DNA from: an uncultured Gammaproteobacteria bacterium
GTDB taxonomy: Bacteria; Pseudomonadota; Gammaproteobacteria; CAWCPV01
Direction: 5' to 3'
DNA: 64,000 nt
Assembly (NCBI GenBank): GCA_963797555.1
Contig: CAWCPV010000006.1
Span: forward strand, 72,102 to 136,101
Shown: positions 10,033-20,949 of the stretch, one piece after another
Numbering within the stretch: the first letter of the stretch is position 1
Layout of the letters: each line of letters begins with the position of its first letter
Position numbers and translations under genes: made by a program
The notes under the pieces: model-generated
What the model was told of the DNA's origin: nothing
Databases searched by the model: none
What the model saw: the letters and a program-made list of their open reading frames with translations, nothing else

Positions 10033-10612
10033 GAGCCGGGTACGGTGTATGTGAGCGCCCGCTGCGGCCGGATGCCGCCGTACCCCACCAGCAACCCGCC
10101 AAGATTGCCACCTGGATTTTGCGTTCCGTAAGGTTGGCTTGGCGCGACTCCAAGCACCCCATAGCTGAGCCGCCCACGGCGGCCTTGTCCCTTCGAGAAA
10201 TACGCATTGCCAATCCCCTCAGGTACGCGCGCAGCATGCACGCGGAACACGCTTCCGCCGGCGCAAGCCGTGCCGTCGCGGGACACCCGTCGCACACGCT
10301 CCTGGGCGATGCTCGGTTCGCCGAGTGGGCGTTGCCGACCGACTGAAAACCGAACAAGATTCAAGTTGTGCCGCCCCAGTGTTTGAACGTATCAAACACG
10401 CCCGCGCCCTGAGCGGCTCATTGGGGTCAGGCGAGAGGATGCGGCCGGATGCTGCTGACCGTCTGGTTTCGACCCAGAGCAGCCATTCGTGTCCGACACG
10501 ACACGGCAGCCGCACGGCTGCGCTGCCCCAGTGGTCCCCGCCGCTTGAGTTGTGGCAAGCTAGTGAAGCCGTAACCGGTTTGTCATGACATCAAAAAGCG
10601 AGGAGAGCCCCC

Positions 10613-11121
10613 ATGAAATTCCGTCTCGTAGCGTTGGTGAGCTTCACCTGCTTTGCGCTGGGCACCGCAGCCGCTGCTGAACCGGTCATGATGTCGCAGA
10701 ATGGGCCAAGCAGGCGTGTGAAGCATGGAACGCCGATTCGACCCTGACCGAGGGTCTGGAGAAGTGGATAGAGAACGACAAGGGCCGCGGCTTCAAGGTG
10801 ATCGAAATGTACCGCACCGACTGCCCCGATAGCCCGCGTGTGGAGCTTCGATTCAACAAGAAGGACGGCAAGGCGATGTGTGGTTACGGCGGTGCGGTCG
10901 AAACCAAGAATTTGGACCTCAGTGCCGACTACATCATGTCCGCGGCGACCCCGCGCTGGCTAGAAATGGGCAAGGGAGAATATGGACCCTTCAAGGCGAT
11001 GATGTTCGGCCGCTTGAAGTTCGAAGGGCCGAAGATGGAGGCGATGGGCAACATGGGGCCTTTCGGGGCCTTCCTGCGCATCGTGGGCAAGGTTCCGAGC
11101 GATTCCTCCAAGTGCCCCTAA
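10613..11121 (+). pseudogene. Secreted SCP2 sterol-binding-domain protein, frameshifted between signal peptide and mature domain
   Basis: The ATG at 10613 gives the signal peptide MKFRLVALVSFTCFALGTAAAAEPV, then a stop soon after. Another frame continues EWAKQACEAWNADSTLTEGLEKW...GRLKFEGPKMEAMGNMGPF, which is SCP2-like. The frame switch is near 10690-10700. Confidence 0.5.
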
Positions 11122-11439
11122 CGTGAAGGAAAGCCTCCAGAGCGTTGGATGTCCCAGACAAGGCAGCATGCCCAACTCAGTGGTTTCTTACGGCACAGAT
11201 TCTTCACCGAGCTTTGCATCGCAGAGCACTGTGGTCGCGCGGAGCCCGGATATAGCGCTATGAGCAGCCCGGTGATTGAGCGCTTTCCCGCGAGTCCATC
11301 AGTCCGCAAGCCTGCCGACATCCGACTCGGAGCGACAGCGGTGAGGTGACGATATGGCAGAAGAAGCGAGGGGGAGCCGGCAGTACATCAGTTCTCGCTC
11401 GCCGCCGGTCGCGCCTCAATCGACGGCGGGCGTGACCTT

Positions 11440-11745
11440 CTAGCTCCACTTCTTTCCCAGCGCCTCCAAGTTGGCGCGCGCGAGGTCTTCGGGCGTCATG
11501 GCAATGCGGAACTCCACTTCGGCATCGAAGGTGAGAAACCACGGCTCGGCCAACATCGGGACCTCGGACGGATCGTCGACGTGGACGACCAAAGTGCCAC
11601 CGCGCCGACCGTTCTGCTCGGAGAAATAGACGGCTTCGGGCTTGATGGCTTCAAGAATTCGCTGGATCTTCTCCCCAACGGTGCCATCCAGAACCGCAGT
11701 GTTGAACGGTTCAAGCGGGACATGGACATGCATGAGCATGCGCAT
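11440..11745 (-). CDS. Conserved hypothetical 101-aa protein (copy 1 of an inverted paralog pair)
   Basis: Intact ORF MRMLMHVHVPLEPFNTAVLDGTVGEKIQRILEAIKPEAVYFSEQNGRRGG... A near-identical, frameshifted copy lies at 20076-20382 on the other strand. Confidence 0.55.
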   Translation of the reverse strand: MRMLMHVHVPLEPFNTAVLDGTVGEKIQRILEAIKPEAVYFSEQNGRRGGTLVVHVDDPSEVPMLAEPWFLTFDAEVEFRIAMTPEDLARANLEALGKKWS

Positions 11746-11844
11746 GACTGACCTCCAGAGGTGTCGCGTGGTTTCCTGCTCGATTATATGTCAGCCGCCT
11801 CCGTCTAAGGCGGTCAGCGGCTTGGGGCTCACCTGCGGCGCCGC

Positions 11845-12174
11845 TCACGAGCGCAAGGCATGAGTCCGTTGCGCGGGCGAGGACGCGATCACGTGGGCCA
11901 TGTCCCCGAGGTGCACGAGATCACAACCGCGCAGCTTGCTATCGATGGCGAGGTTGAACAGGGCGAGATCCCGAATCCGCTTGGCGATCTGCAGCCGAAT
12001 GCGGATGGCCCAGATCTCCTTGAGCTTGAAGGGAGACTTCGGTCGGACCAGCCTGCCCTTTCCGGGGTCTCGGGCGGCCAGTCGCTTGGTGCGGGTGCTC
12101 AGCGCACATGGTAGGGTCCCCCAGGGTGGTTGAGGAACCATGAGTCTGCGCGCCCACCACAACGGTCGGTTCAC
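11845..12174 (-). pseudogene. N-terminal fragment of a tyrosine recombinase/integrase
   Basis: GKGRLVRPKSPFKLKEIWAIRIRLQIAKRIRDLALFNLAIDSKLRGCDLVHL matches the N-terminal part of small phage-type integrases. No catalytic domain follows. Confidence 0.55.
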
Positions 12175-12185
12175 GACCCTGAGCT

Positions 12186-12312
12186 AGCACTACGAGACCC
12201 TCCTGAGCGAAGGCGAGGCGGCCAATCCCCCGGCCTGCGCGAGCAAGCAGACGATGTGCTGCGATTCACCCGCGACCCGCGCGTACCCGCGATGCAGCCT
12301 CGCAACGGCGTG
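12186..12312 (+). pseudogene. Remnant of an IS66-family transposase C-terminus
   Basis: Two frames read HYETLLSEGEAANPP and ADDVLRFTRDPRVP, resembling the conserved IS66 TnpC tail. The piece is short and frameshifted. Confidence 0.3.
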
Positions 12313-12661
12313 CTATGTGATGTATCCTAGCCACTTGGCGCCTGCCCGTATCCTCGATTCAGCGTCTGGCGCGCGCCGTCTACGGCCACGAATCGAACCG
12401 AGCGGAGTCGGATACGGTAACGGGCTGCAGTATCTCTCGCTTCCCAAATAATACAAAGAATTATCTGCGGAAGCTGCCGTGCCGGCCGTTGGTGACAAGA
12501 GCTAAGGATGAGGTCAGCTTTCGTCAGGGAGGCGGTCCTACGAAGGACTTAATGGCGCCGGCGCTTCACCCGTGCGCGTGCAGTGCGCCCTGCTTCGATT
12601 CTAGAGCCCCGCCTCTCTCCTGCCCGGTGCGCGCGGGCGCTCCTCCTGTCCGGAGGAGCCC

Positions 12662-13276
12662 ATGCCTCAGGACAGGCTGGGGTTGACCGTGTCCTCCGTC
12701 CCCCACAACGCGTATCCGTTGGGTGCGACGCCCGACCAGCGCTCGCGCGGTCATGTCGAGGCGATTCGCGCCGAGCAGATCCGGCTGCTGCTGCGCCAAG
12801 CCCCGTTTGGCCTCAGCGCTGTCGCCATCAACGCCGTCATCCTCGTCGCCGTCATGTGGGGCGAGATACCGCAAGTCCTGCTACTCACCTGGTTGGCGCT
12901 CACCCTGCTGCTTACCCTGGCGCGTTACCTGCTAACACGGGCTTACTCCCGCGCACAGCCCATGCCCTCCGAAGCGGCGCGCTGGGGGTTCTGGTTCGTG
13001 CTCGGCGCGGGCGTCTCGGGGCTCACCTGGGGCGTGGCCGGCGCCCTCTTCTTCACCCGGCAAAGCTATGCCCACCAGGCATTCCTGGCGTTCGTGCTCG
13101 CCGGCATGTCGGCGGGCGGTGTGTCCACGCTATCGTCCTATCCCGGCACTTACCCCGCCTTCCTGCTGCCGGCCCTGCTCCCCTATACGGGACGGGTTTT
13201 TGCCCAAGGGGGTATCCTGCATACCGCCATGGGGCTGATGCTGGTCCTGTTCTCTGGCTTGATGCTGTGCCTCTGA
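12662..13276 (+). pseudogene. N-terminal multi-TM sensor domain of a signalling protein (GGDEF or kinase type), truncated at about 13266 by ISL3 sequence
   Basis: About 5-6 hydrophobic helices with no output domain. The last codons and the stop come from the abutting ISL3 fragment. Confidence 0.45.
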
Positions 13277-14285
13277 GGGCGGGCTCGGTCTTGATCTCCT
13301 GGCGGCGCACCGCGTCGACCGCCTCGTTGGCGAGCTTGATCACGTGGAAGGCATCGAAGCTCACCGTAGCCTGAGGCAGATGCTTGGCCACCCCGGCGCG
13401 GTAGGCGGCGGACATGTCGATGCACACCTGCTCGATGGCCTGCGGGTCGCCGCCGTGCGCCTTGAGGTCGGCGGCGAAGGCCGCCACGGTGCTCTGGTCG
13501 CGGCCCTCGCAGGCGAACAGCAGGCGTTTTCCCGTGAGGTCATGGAACAGGCTGATGTAGTGCTGTCCACGCCGGGCAGCGGTCTCGTCCAGGCCCACAG
13601 CGCTCACCTGCGAGTGGTCCTCCTGAGCACGGGCCCTGCCTACGTAGTGATCGAGCACCGCCCACAGGCGCTCATCGCCCACGCCCAGGTGCCGAGCCAC
13701 GGTCGCCACCGGCATGGCCTGGCACAGCGTGACCACCAGCGCCTCCATCAGCGCCGTGAAGCCACTCTGTGCGCGCGCCCACGGCGGGTTCGACCTGGGT
13801 CGTCTTGCCGCAGGCCTCGCAGCGCACCCGCGGCAGATGCGCGTGCAGGTACGCCCGTGACTTAAAGAAGCTCAGGTGCTGCCAACTGCGCTCCCGGGTG
13901 TCGTGCACCGCCTGGCCTTGCACTCCGCAGGCCGGGCAAGCAAAGCGGCTGCCCTTGGCAAACGCCACATCGAGGTCGATGCGCCCAGCCTCGGGGTCGA
14001 AGCGCACGTCGGTGACCTCCCAAGGCGCCGTCAGGCCCAGTGCCGTGGTAAACAGATGCGTGGGCCGCACGGTGCTCCCCCCTTGGATGACGACCTGTGG
14101 ATTTGTGGACGAGCCCTGCGGAGCGGCCCGCGTCCCAAGGACCGTGTGGACAACCTCCCGGTTGCCCACACTCGCGGGCCTCTCGCCCACAACCCCACAA
14201 GCCCAACCACAAGATGTTGTGATAAGCGACCGGTCAGGGCAGATGCTACTTCACCACCGCGACCCACACAATTTCCGAAAGAGCC
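13267..14285 (-). mobile_element. ISL3-family element, copy A: left IR plus 5' two-thirds of the transposase, frameshifted and internally truncated
   Basis: The terminal IR GGCTCTTTCGGAAATTGTGTGG (reverse complement) ends at 14285. The transposase starts at GTG 14070 (VRPTHLFTTALGLTAPWEV...) and shifts frame near 13770. Homology to copy B (48730-51348) stops after ...KTEPALRGT at 13267. Confidence 0.75.
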
Positions 14286-14321
14286 ACATAAAATCAGAGC
14301 GACTGGACGGCGGCCCGTCCT

Positions 14322-14543
14322 TCAGCGCTTGCCTCCGTGGTAAGCTTTCGCGTGCGGGCTGCCGCCGATTATGAGCGGTCCGTTAGCCATGGGGGTGCCC
14401 TGATCGTAGCTGAGGGTGATGTCTTCAGCGGGGTCGGGGAAGTGGACGGCGCTCAGGCCGTTCAGCGCATCGTAGCTGTAGATGATGATGGTGCCGTCGA
14501 CGCGGGTCTCGCTCACGCAGTTGTCGGCGGCATCGTAGGCCTA
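14322..14543 (-). pseudogene. RHS/YD-repeat protein fragment
   Basis: AYDAADNCVSETRVDGTIIIYSYDALNGLSAV contains YD-repeat motifs. The piece is isolated, with no N- or C-terminal context. Confidence 0.4.
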
Positions 14544-14653
14544 GATGGTGAGACCTTATCAGGGGGAAGTAAATCGAGTACGACCCCATTTATTCACGAT
14601 TATCGAGTACGACCCCTTTTATTCTTCGACGCTCTTCAAGGCAGTGGAAAATT

Positions 14654-15076
14654 GGGTTTGCCGCTTATTGGGATGGGCTGTTTTACGAAAATCCGCCTGT
14701 CGCCGACTTCATGGTGGACAAGGTCGAGGAGCGTCCTGACGAAATCTGGATCGTGCGGATCAATCCCCAAACGCGCAGGACGATTCCGAAAACAACAGAA
14801 GGTATACTGGATCGACGGAATGAATTGTCAGGCAATCTATCTATGAACCAGGAACTTCATTTCATCGAGGTCGTGAATCGATGGATAGAGGAGGGTTACT
14901 TCGCGGAAAAGGCCTCCGAAAAGTTCAAGAAGGTTAGGGTGCGCTGGATCGATATGAGTCCCGAATTGTCTGCGACCCTGGATTACGCCTCGAAACTCGA
15001 TCGGTCGCCGTCCTTCCTGCATCAGTTGATGGAGGAAGGCAAACGCCAAGCCGTTACGTTCTTGCTGGGCATGTGA
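14654..15076 (+). pseudogene. C-terminal fragment of a patatin-like phospholipase
   Basis: YWDGLFYENPPV...PDEIWIVRINPQ...DRRNELSGNLSMNQELHFIE is the conserved patatin C-terminal region. The catalytic N-terminus is missing. Lower GC than surroundings. Confidence 0.5.
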
Positions 15077-15127
15077 GCTGGTGATTACCTTCACTGAGTG
15101 TCCGAGTCACTCATGGGATGCCTCACT

Positions 15128-16998
15128 GCAGAACTCCTGACATGCGCTACCTAACCGATTGAGAAGGCGCTATAATCGATGCGGGTATCGAAATATAAAT
15201 ACGAGACCAGAGGAATGCTATGCCAGGCACCATTGAGCTTCCCTTGCTGCCCGAACAGGCTGTGACATTGGGTCCGCGGTTGACGGTCATCGAAACGCCC
15301 AAGGAACTCGTGTTCATGAATGCCTCCGGTCCGTTGATGAGCTGCGCGCGCACGGATACGACGGCTAAGTGTTACCTCGGGGCGGTGTTCATGACGCAGG
15401 GTTTAGCGAAGGGTGAGGACTTGGCGGCGGTGTTGGGTGTTCACCGCTCGACGGTATTTCGCAACCAGAAGCTGTATCGCGAAGGGGGTCTTGATGCCAT
15501 ACGCGATGGCCGAGGCCATGGTGCGCCGCGTCGTGGGCATAAGCTCACCGATGAGGTTTTGCCGATCGCTCAGGCGTGCTTGGACCAAGGGTGCTCGCAG
15601 TCGCAGGCCGCGCGTGCGCTCGGTGTGAGTGAGACGGCGGTGCGCCATGCGATCAAGACCGGACGGCTGCGCCGCTCGCCAACAGGCGGCGCAACTAGCC
15701 GCGGCGTTGACCGCCCAGTGGGCGCAGGGGGAGCCCGATGAGCTGGGCATACTGTACGTCGACGGTCACGTCCATGCCTACACGGGGCGCAAGCATCCGC
15801 TGCCTAAGACGTTGGTGCAGAAACGCCGCCAGTGTCTGCCCGCCTCGACGGATGTTTGGGTGCATAACGGAGCGGCCGAGCCGGTGTTCTTCGTCACCAG
15901 CCCCCTCAATGGACACCTCTTGGCGCTGATCGAGCAGGAGGTCATTCCCCAGGCGCGCCAGCAGATCGGCCCCGACCGGACGCTGACCTTGGTGTTTGAC
16001 CGTGAGGCTTGGAGCCCCCAGTCCTTCCAGCAGTGGCACAGCCAAGGGGCCGAAGTCATCACGTATCGCAAGGGTAAACAAACGCCCTGGGACCCGGAGG
16101 ACTTCCGCCCCTTAAGCGTCGAGCACCACGGTAAGTCTGTGACCTATAGTCTGGCCGAGTGCAGCGTGCAGGTCATCGCTGCCAATCGCAAGCAACCCGC
16201 CTTGTGGATGCGCGAGATCCGCCGCTTATGCAAAAACGGACATCAGAGCGCGATCCTGACGACCCGGCAGGACTTACCTGCCGCAGAGATCGCCCATCGC
16301 ATGTTCGGCCGTTGGCGCCAAGAGAACTTCTTCAAATACCTGCAGGACGAATTCAACATCGACCACTTGAGCACCTATGCCACCGAACCAGCCGATCCTG
16401 AGCGGATGGTTCCCAATCCTGAGCGCCGAGCGCTGATAAAATCGCTCCAGGCAACCAAGGCGCAGCTCGGCAGAGCCTACGCCCAGCGTGGCAAGCACCA
16501 ACGTAACAGGGCATCGACGGCGAAGCAAGAGAAGGCGACAGAGGCCATCGAACGATTGGAAAGGCAATGCGAGCAACTCAGCGAACGCATCAACGCGATG
16601 GAAAAGCGCGTGCCATTGAAGAGCATTTATGAGGCGGACAAGATCGTACATCACGAACGCGAACGAAAAACCATTACCCGGCTCATCAAGGTCGTCGCTT
16701 ATCGCAGTGAGAGTTGTCTCGCGAGCATTGTCGAACCCTTTTTCGTGCGCCACGACGACGAAGTTCGCGCCTTCCTCAAAGCCGTGTTCTGCTTACCCGG
16801 CGAGATTATCCCGGATTACCAGCGCCATGAATTGCGGGTGCGTCTCTACGGCTTGGCCAATAATCGATCTCAACAAGCTCTCATCGCTCTTTGCGAATAT
16901 CTGAATACCCAGCAGATGAAATACCCTGGCACCCACCTGCCCCTGGTCTACGACACCGCCCAGTCGCATTGAATTTAGCGCCAAGTCAGGAGTTCTGC
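15128..16998 (+). mobile_element. IS element of unassigned family, bounded by about 22-bp inverted repeats
   Basis: Left end is GCAGAACTCCTGACATGCGCTA (15128-15149). The right end, reverse-complemented, is GCAGAACTCCTGACTTGGCGCTA (16976-16998). Confidence 0.7.
15220..16972 (+). pseudogene. Transposase of the 15128-16998 IS, split into an HTH ORF (15220-15741) and a DDE-type ORF (15629-16972) in the +1 frame
   Basis: HTH segments (STVFRNQKLYREGG, SQSQAARALGVSETAVRHAI) are followed in another frame by ILYVDGHVHAYTG...FGRWRQENFFKYLQDEFNIDHL. A +1 offset is not the usual programmed -1 shift, so mutation or error is likelier. Confidence 0.6.
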
Positions 16999-18610
16999 GC
17001 TGTGACTGAGACGACCGTTCCTGCTGGGTCTATAAGCCGTTACGACTCATGCGCCAGGTTTTCGCAGTGCCTTCGCAACCTGAGTCGGCGGTCATCCACA
17101 CGAGAGGAGTGCGGCGTGCAGATTTGGGAGTGAGATGGGGACAAAACAGGCCGGTCGGTACAGGTACACAGCTTGGCCGGGCGCCGCTGGGAGGCAGCGT
17201 CTGAGCAATTAGGGGTTGTAAGTTTCCCCAGGGTGAAGTTGCAGGCCGTAGCGCGAGCGAACCTACGAGTAGCCTCGTTACGATGAGCTGGAGATGCCGA
17301 CCCTGTGGTCAGAAGGGGAAGGCCGCTGTCGGTGGAATGGGAAAACGGAAGCGTTCCATCGGATCTCCCGGGGTAGCAGGGGCGGCATGCAGCGGAAGAG
17401 AAGCAGAGCAGGGCGGGAGACCCGCGGCGGTGGGGCACAGGGCCGCCAACCGCTAGAAAGGTGCACGGACAACTCCTTTCGCGGGACTTCAACCCGCCAG
17501 AGAAACAGACGGTTACGGCATACGGCCAGAGAGAACGATTTCTTCCGCCAGGCGCTGGGTATCGAGCGGGTGCCTTCGGCGGAAAAGCTGAGGCAGCGCC
17601 TCGAACGAGCACGCAGCGGCGATGCGGGGGTATCGACGAGGCCAATATTGAGTTCATGGTCAACGCCAAGGTGCCGGTGAGCCCCCTGAAGACCGCCCAT
17701 GCGCCCGTGGACATCGATGTCTTTCCCATGGACAACTCCGGGACCCAGAAAGAAGGGGGCTCGCGCACCTACCCCGGCTATGACGGTTATGCGCCGATCG
17801 CGGCCTATGTGGGAGCCGAAGGCTGGAGCCTCGCCTGTGAGCTGCGCGAAGGCAAGCAGCACAGCCAGAAGGAATTCAGCTACGTCTGGGAGCGCATCCT
17901 GCCGCGCGCCAGGCGCCTGACGGCCCTGCCTTTGCTGGTACGCCAGGACAGCGCCCACGACGCACTGGAGAATCGGCTGAGGTCTGTGCAAGAGGAGGTG
18001 GACTTCATTATCCAGTGGAACCCCGAGGCGAGGACCCTGCGCAGTGGCTTGAGCGCGCCGAGCACCAAGGGGTGTGGGAGACACCCCGACCCGGCAAGCG
18101 GATAGCGCTGTTCAGCGTCATCGAGGAGCACCCCCATCCAGGCCATACCTACTACGTTCGCCGGGTCATGCGGGTGACCGAGCGCACCATCGACAAATAG
18201 GGCCAAATGCTGCTGGTGCCGGAGCTTGAGCTCGAGGGCTGGTGGACCTCCCTGGCCTACTCTGACCATGCGATCCTCGCCCTGTACCAGGACCACGGCA
18301 CCTCCGAGCAGTTTCACGAGACGAGTTCAAGACCGATCTCGACATCGAGCGGCTGCCCTCCGGGAACTTTGACACCAATGACCTACTGCTGGGCTTTGCC
18401 GTATTCGCCTACAACATCCTGCGCTTCATCGGTCTCATCGGGCTGACCGGCGAGGTCGCCCCCCTGCGCCACCCAGCCAAGCGCAGGCGGCTCCGGACCG
18501 TCATCCAGGAGCTGATGTATCTCGCCGCCCGGTTGGTCGCCACCGCCCGGAGGCTCTGTCCCGGCTTCCGCGCCTTCGAGCAAGTGTATTGCCAACTCGC
18601 CTTCGGGTAG

Positions 18611-19696
18611 CTAGTGTAGTGCTTCATTCTGTTTAGAACTTAAACGTGCGTTGGCGCGGATGACCTTCTGCAGGATGTCCTTAGCCTTGGCGGTCCAGAT
18701 GAAGGGTTTGGGATTGGCGTTGTGGGCATCGACATAGCGGTTGATGGCATGGATCAACTCGGGGACGCTTCGAAACACGCCACGGCGCAACCGATCCACA
18801 GTCAGGTCGCGGAAGAATCGCTCGACCATGTTCAACCAGGATGCTGAGGTGGGCGTGAAATGGATGTGGAAACGCGGGTGTTTTCCCAGCCATTTCTGAA
18901 CGTTGGGATGTTTGTGGGTGGCGTAGTTGTCGCAGACCAAGTGCAGTTCCTTGTCCTTGGGCGTCTCGCGGTCGATTTGGCGCAGGAAGGTGAGCCACTC
19001 CGTGTGGCGATGGTGCGGCTCGCAGCGGGCAATCACGGAACCCTCCAAGGTGTTCAGGGCAGCAAACAGTGTCGTGGTGCCATGGCGCTTGTAGTCATGG
19101 GTCATGGTCGCAGCCCGCCCCTTCTTCAGCGGCAGGCCAGGTTGGGTACGATCCAGCGCCTGAACCTGACTCTTCTCGTCGCAGCACAACACCAAAGCAT
19201 GCTCCGGGGGGGACAGATACAGCCCGACGATGTCCTCCAACTTCTCGGTGAATTTCGGGTCGCGCGATACCTTGAAGGATTCGACACGATGCGGCTTCAG
19301 CCCATGGGCATGCCACACGCGCAGCACCGTGGTGTCGCTCACTCCCATTTCCTTAGCCAGGGTCCGCGTACTCCACTGTGTCGCTGCTAAGGGCTGGGTC
19401 TGAGTCGTGCGTCGCACGATCTCGGCGGCATCCACCTTGGGCTGACGACCTCCGCGCGGCAGGTCACACTCGATGGCCGCCAGCCCGCCTTGCGCATAGC
19501 GCTCCCGCCAACGCCCAACCTGCACACGCCCAATCTTGAGTTCCGCCGCGATGGCCTTGTTCTCCATGCCCACCGCCGCCAACAGCACAATGCGCGCTCG
19601 GCGGGCCAGCCTCACACTCGTGGTGTTCGAACGCGACACACGCCTCAGGCTCCGCTGTTCTTCCGCGCTCAGTCGGACCATCGGGGCTACTCGCAT
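18611..19696 (-). CDS. IS630-family transposase (361 aa, apparently intact)
   Basis: N-terminal HTH regions and DDE region (LVLCCDEKSQVQAL...LVCDNYATHKH...WLNMVERFF). The stop codon overlaps the target TA. Confidence 0.85.
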   Translation of the reverse strand: MRVAPMVRLSAEEQRSLRRVSRSNTTSVRLARRARIVLLAAVGMENKAIAAELKIGRVQVGRWRERYAQGGLAAIECDLPRGGRQPKVDAAEIVRRTTQTQPLAATQWSTRTLAKEMGVSDTTVLRVWHAHGLKPHRVESFKVSRDPKFTEKLEDIVGLYLSPPEHALVLCCDEKSQVQALDRTQPGLPLKKGRAATMTHDYKRHGTTTLFAALNTLEGSVIARCEPHHRHTEWLTFLRQIDRETPKDKELHLVCDNYATHKHPNVQKWLGKHPRFHIHFTPTSASWLNMVERFFRDLTVDRLRRGVFRSVPELIHAINRYVDAHNANPKPFIWTAKAKDILQKVIRANARLSSKQNEALH

Positions 19697-19774
19697 CAGT
19701 GCTCTCCTGTCTTGGCTTCATAGCCCTGGACAGCGATAGATCATATATGTTCCGTTAATTACCAAGCACTACAC
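18614..19774 (-). mobile_element. IS630-family element inserted at a TA inside the IS1380 remnant
   Basis: Intact IS1380 reads GGGTAGATAGGACGAC. Here it reads GGGTAGC-TA-[GTGTAGTGCTT...AAGCACTACAC]-TA-GGACGAC. 11-bp perfect terminal IRs and TA duplication at 18612-13 and 19775-76. Confidence 0.85.
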
Positions 19775-20075
19775 TAGGACGACATCAGAGAAGCTCCACC
19801 CGTGCCCCACCAGGCTGCGGTGTAAACCTACGCCCGAAAGGCAGCACCAAAGGGTCAAGGTCCTGCAATCACCCCTGCGCCGAGGAGGATCCAAGCCTTC
19901 TCTGCAGCCGGTGTCACCGGTTGGCCAAAAACTGTACCAACTCAACTGAGAAGACCTCCCATTCCCCTCCCTTCCGGCTGCTCAAAGCTCGAAGTCACGG
20001 ATCCAGGACCGCGTCAGACTGAAAGGGCTTGGCATATAATCGAACAGGAAAACACCCGACACTTGGAGGTCAGTC

Positions 20076-20382
20076 ATGCGCATGCTTATGCACGTTAAGC
20101 TCCCGGTTGAACCGTTCAACACCGCCGTTCTGGATGGCACCGCAGGGGAAAAGATCCAGCGAATTCTTGAGGCTATCAAGCCCGAAGCCGTCTATTTCTC
20201 CGAGCAGAACGGCCGGCGCGGTGGCACCTTAGTCGTGAACGTCCACGAATCCGTCCGAGGTCCCCATGTTGGCCGAGCCGTGGTTTCTCACATTCGATGC
20301 CGAAGTGGAGTTTCGGATTGCCATGACGCCCGAAGAACTCGTGCGCGCCAACTTGGAGGCCTTGGGAAAGAAGTGGGCTTAG
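20076..20382 (+). pseudogene. Frameshifted paralog (copy 2) of the 101-aa gene at 11440-11745
   Basis: Nearly identical (2 substitutions) to copy 1 through ...RRGGTLVV. It has one extra base (GAATCC versus GATCC, near 20248). The shifted frame then reads ...PSEVPMLAEPWFLTFDAEVEFRIAMTPEELVRANLEALGKKWA*. Confidence 0.6.
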
Positions 20383-20707
20383 TCAAGCCGGCCGTCGACT
20401 GGGACGTTGGTTAACCGTCACCGATGTCCGCGACCGCACAGCGTCTTGCGTCCTGCCGCGGGACCGGCGGAAGCTGGTGGTTGGGTGCGGCCGGAGGAGT
20501 GCCAGCTCGCGGACTGACAACGGCCGGAGTGGCCGGTCAAGCGGCCGGTTGTTCGGGTTGATCCGGCCAAGGGACGCGGTCTAATCGGGTAAGGGCGGGT
20601 GTTTGGCCCGCCCTCCTCGTACCACCAGCGAGGAGGTGACACGGTCATGAACTCACAAATCTTTGGATTGCGTGTAGCGAGCATTGTGTTCGGGTTAATA
20701 GCCATAG

Positions 20708-20920
20708 CCATGGCTGGCCGCTTGGCGCGACCCCTGGGAGGACCAGATGTTGTTTCTGGGCGCCCGCGGATTCCGCTGCATCGCCCATGACCGCCGCGGT
20801 AATGGCCGATCGAGCCAGCCTTGGAACGGCAACGACATGGACACGTACGCTGACCTTGCGACGCTCGTCGAAACGCTCGATCTCCAGAACGCCATCCAGT
20901 CGGTGAGTCGCTCGATCTGA
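20708..20920 (+). pseudogene. Internal fragment of an alpha/beta hydrolase (non-haem chloroperoxidase-like)
   Basis: [50 protein letters not shown] matches the region upstream of the nucleophile elbow. Both ends are missing. Confidence 0.55.
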
Positions 20921-20949
20921 GCACCCACGCCAACAATGGACACATCGCC

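Larger units (their letters stand above)
17527..20007 (+). mobile_element. IS1380-family remnant (copy 1): 5'-truncated, multiply frameshifted, carrying a nested IS630
   Basis: Nucleotide and protein homology to intact copy 2 (55326-56990) starts at ...DFFRQALG (about 17527). It continues through the right end ...GAAGTCACGGATCCAGG at 20007. The first 85 or so codons and the left IR are absent. Confidence 0.7.
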
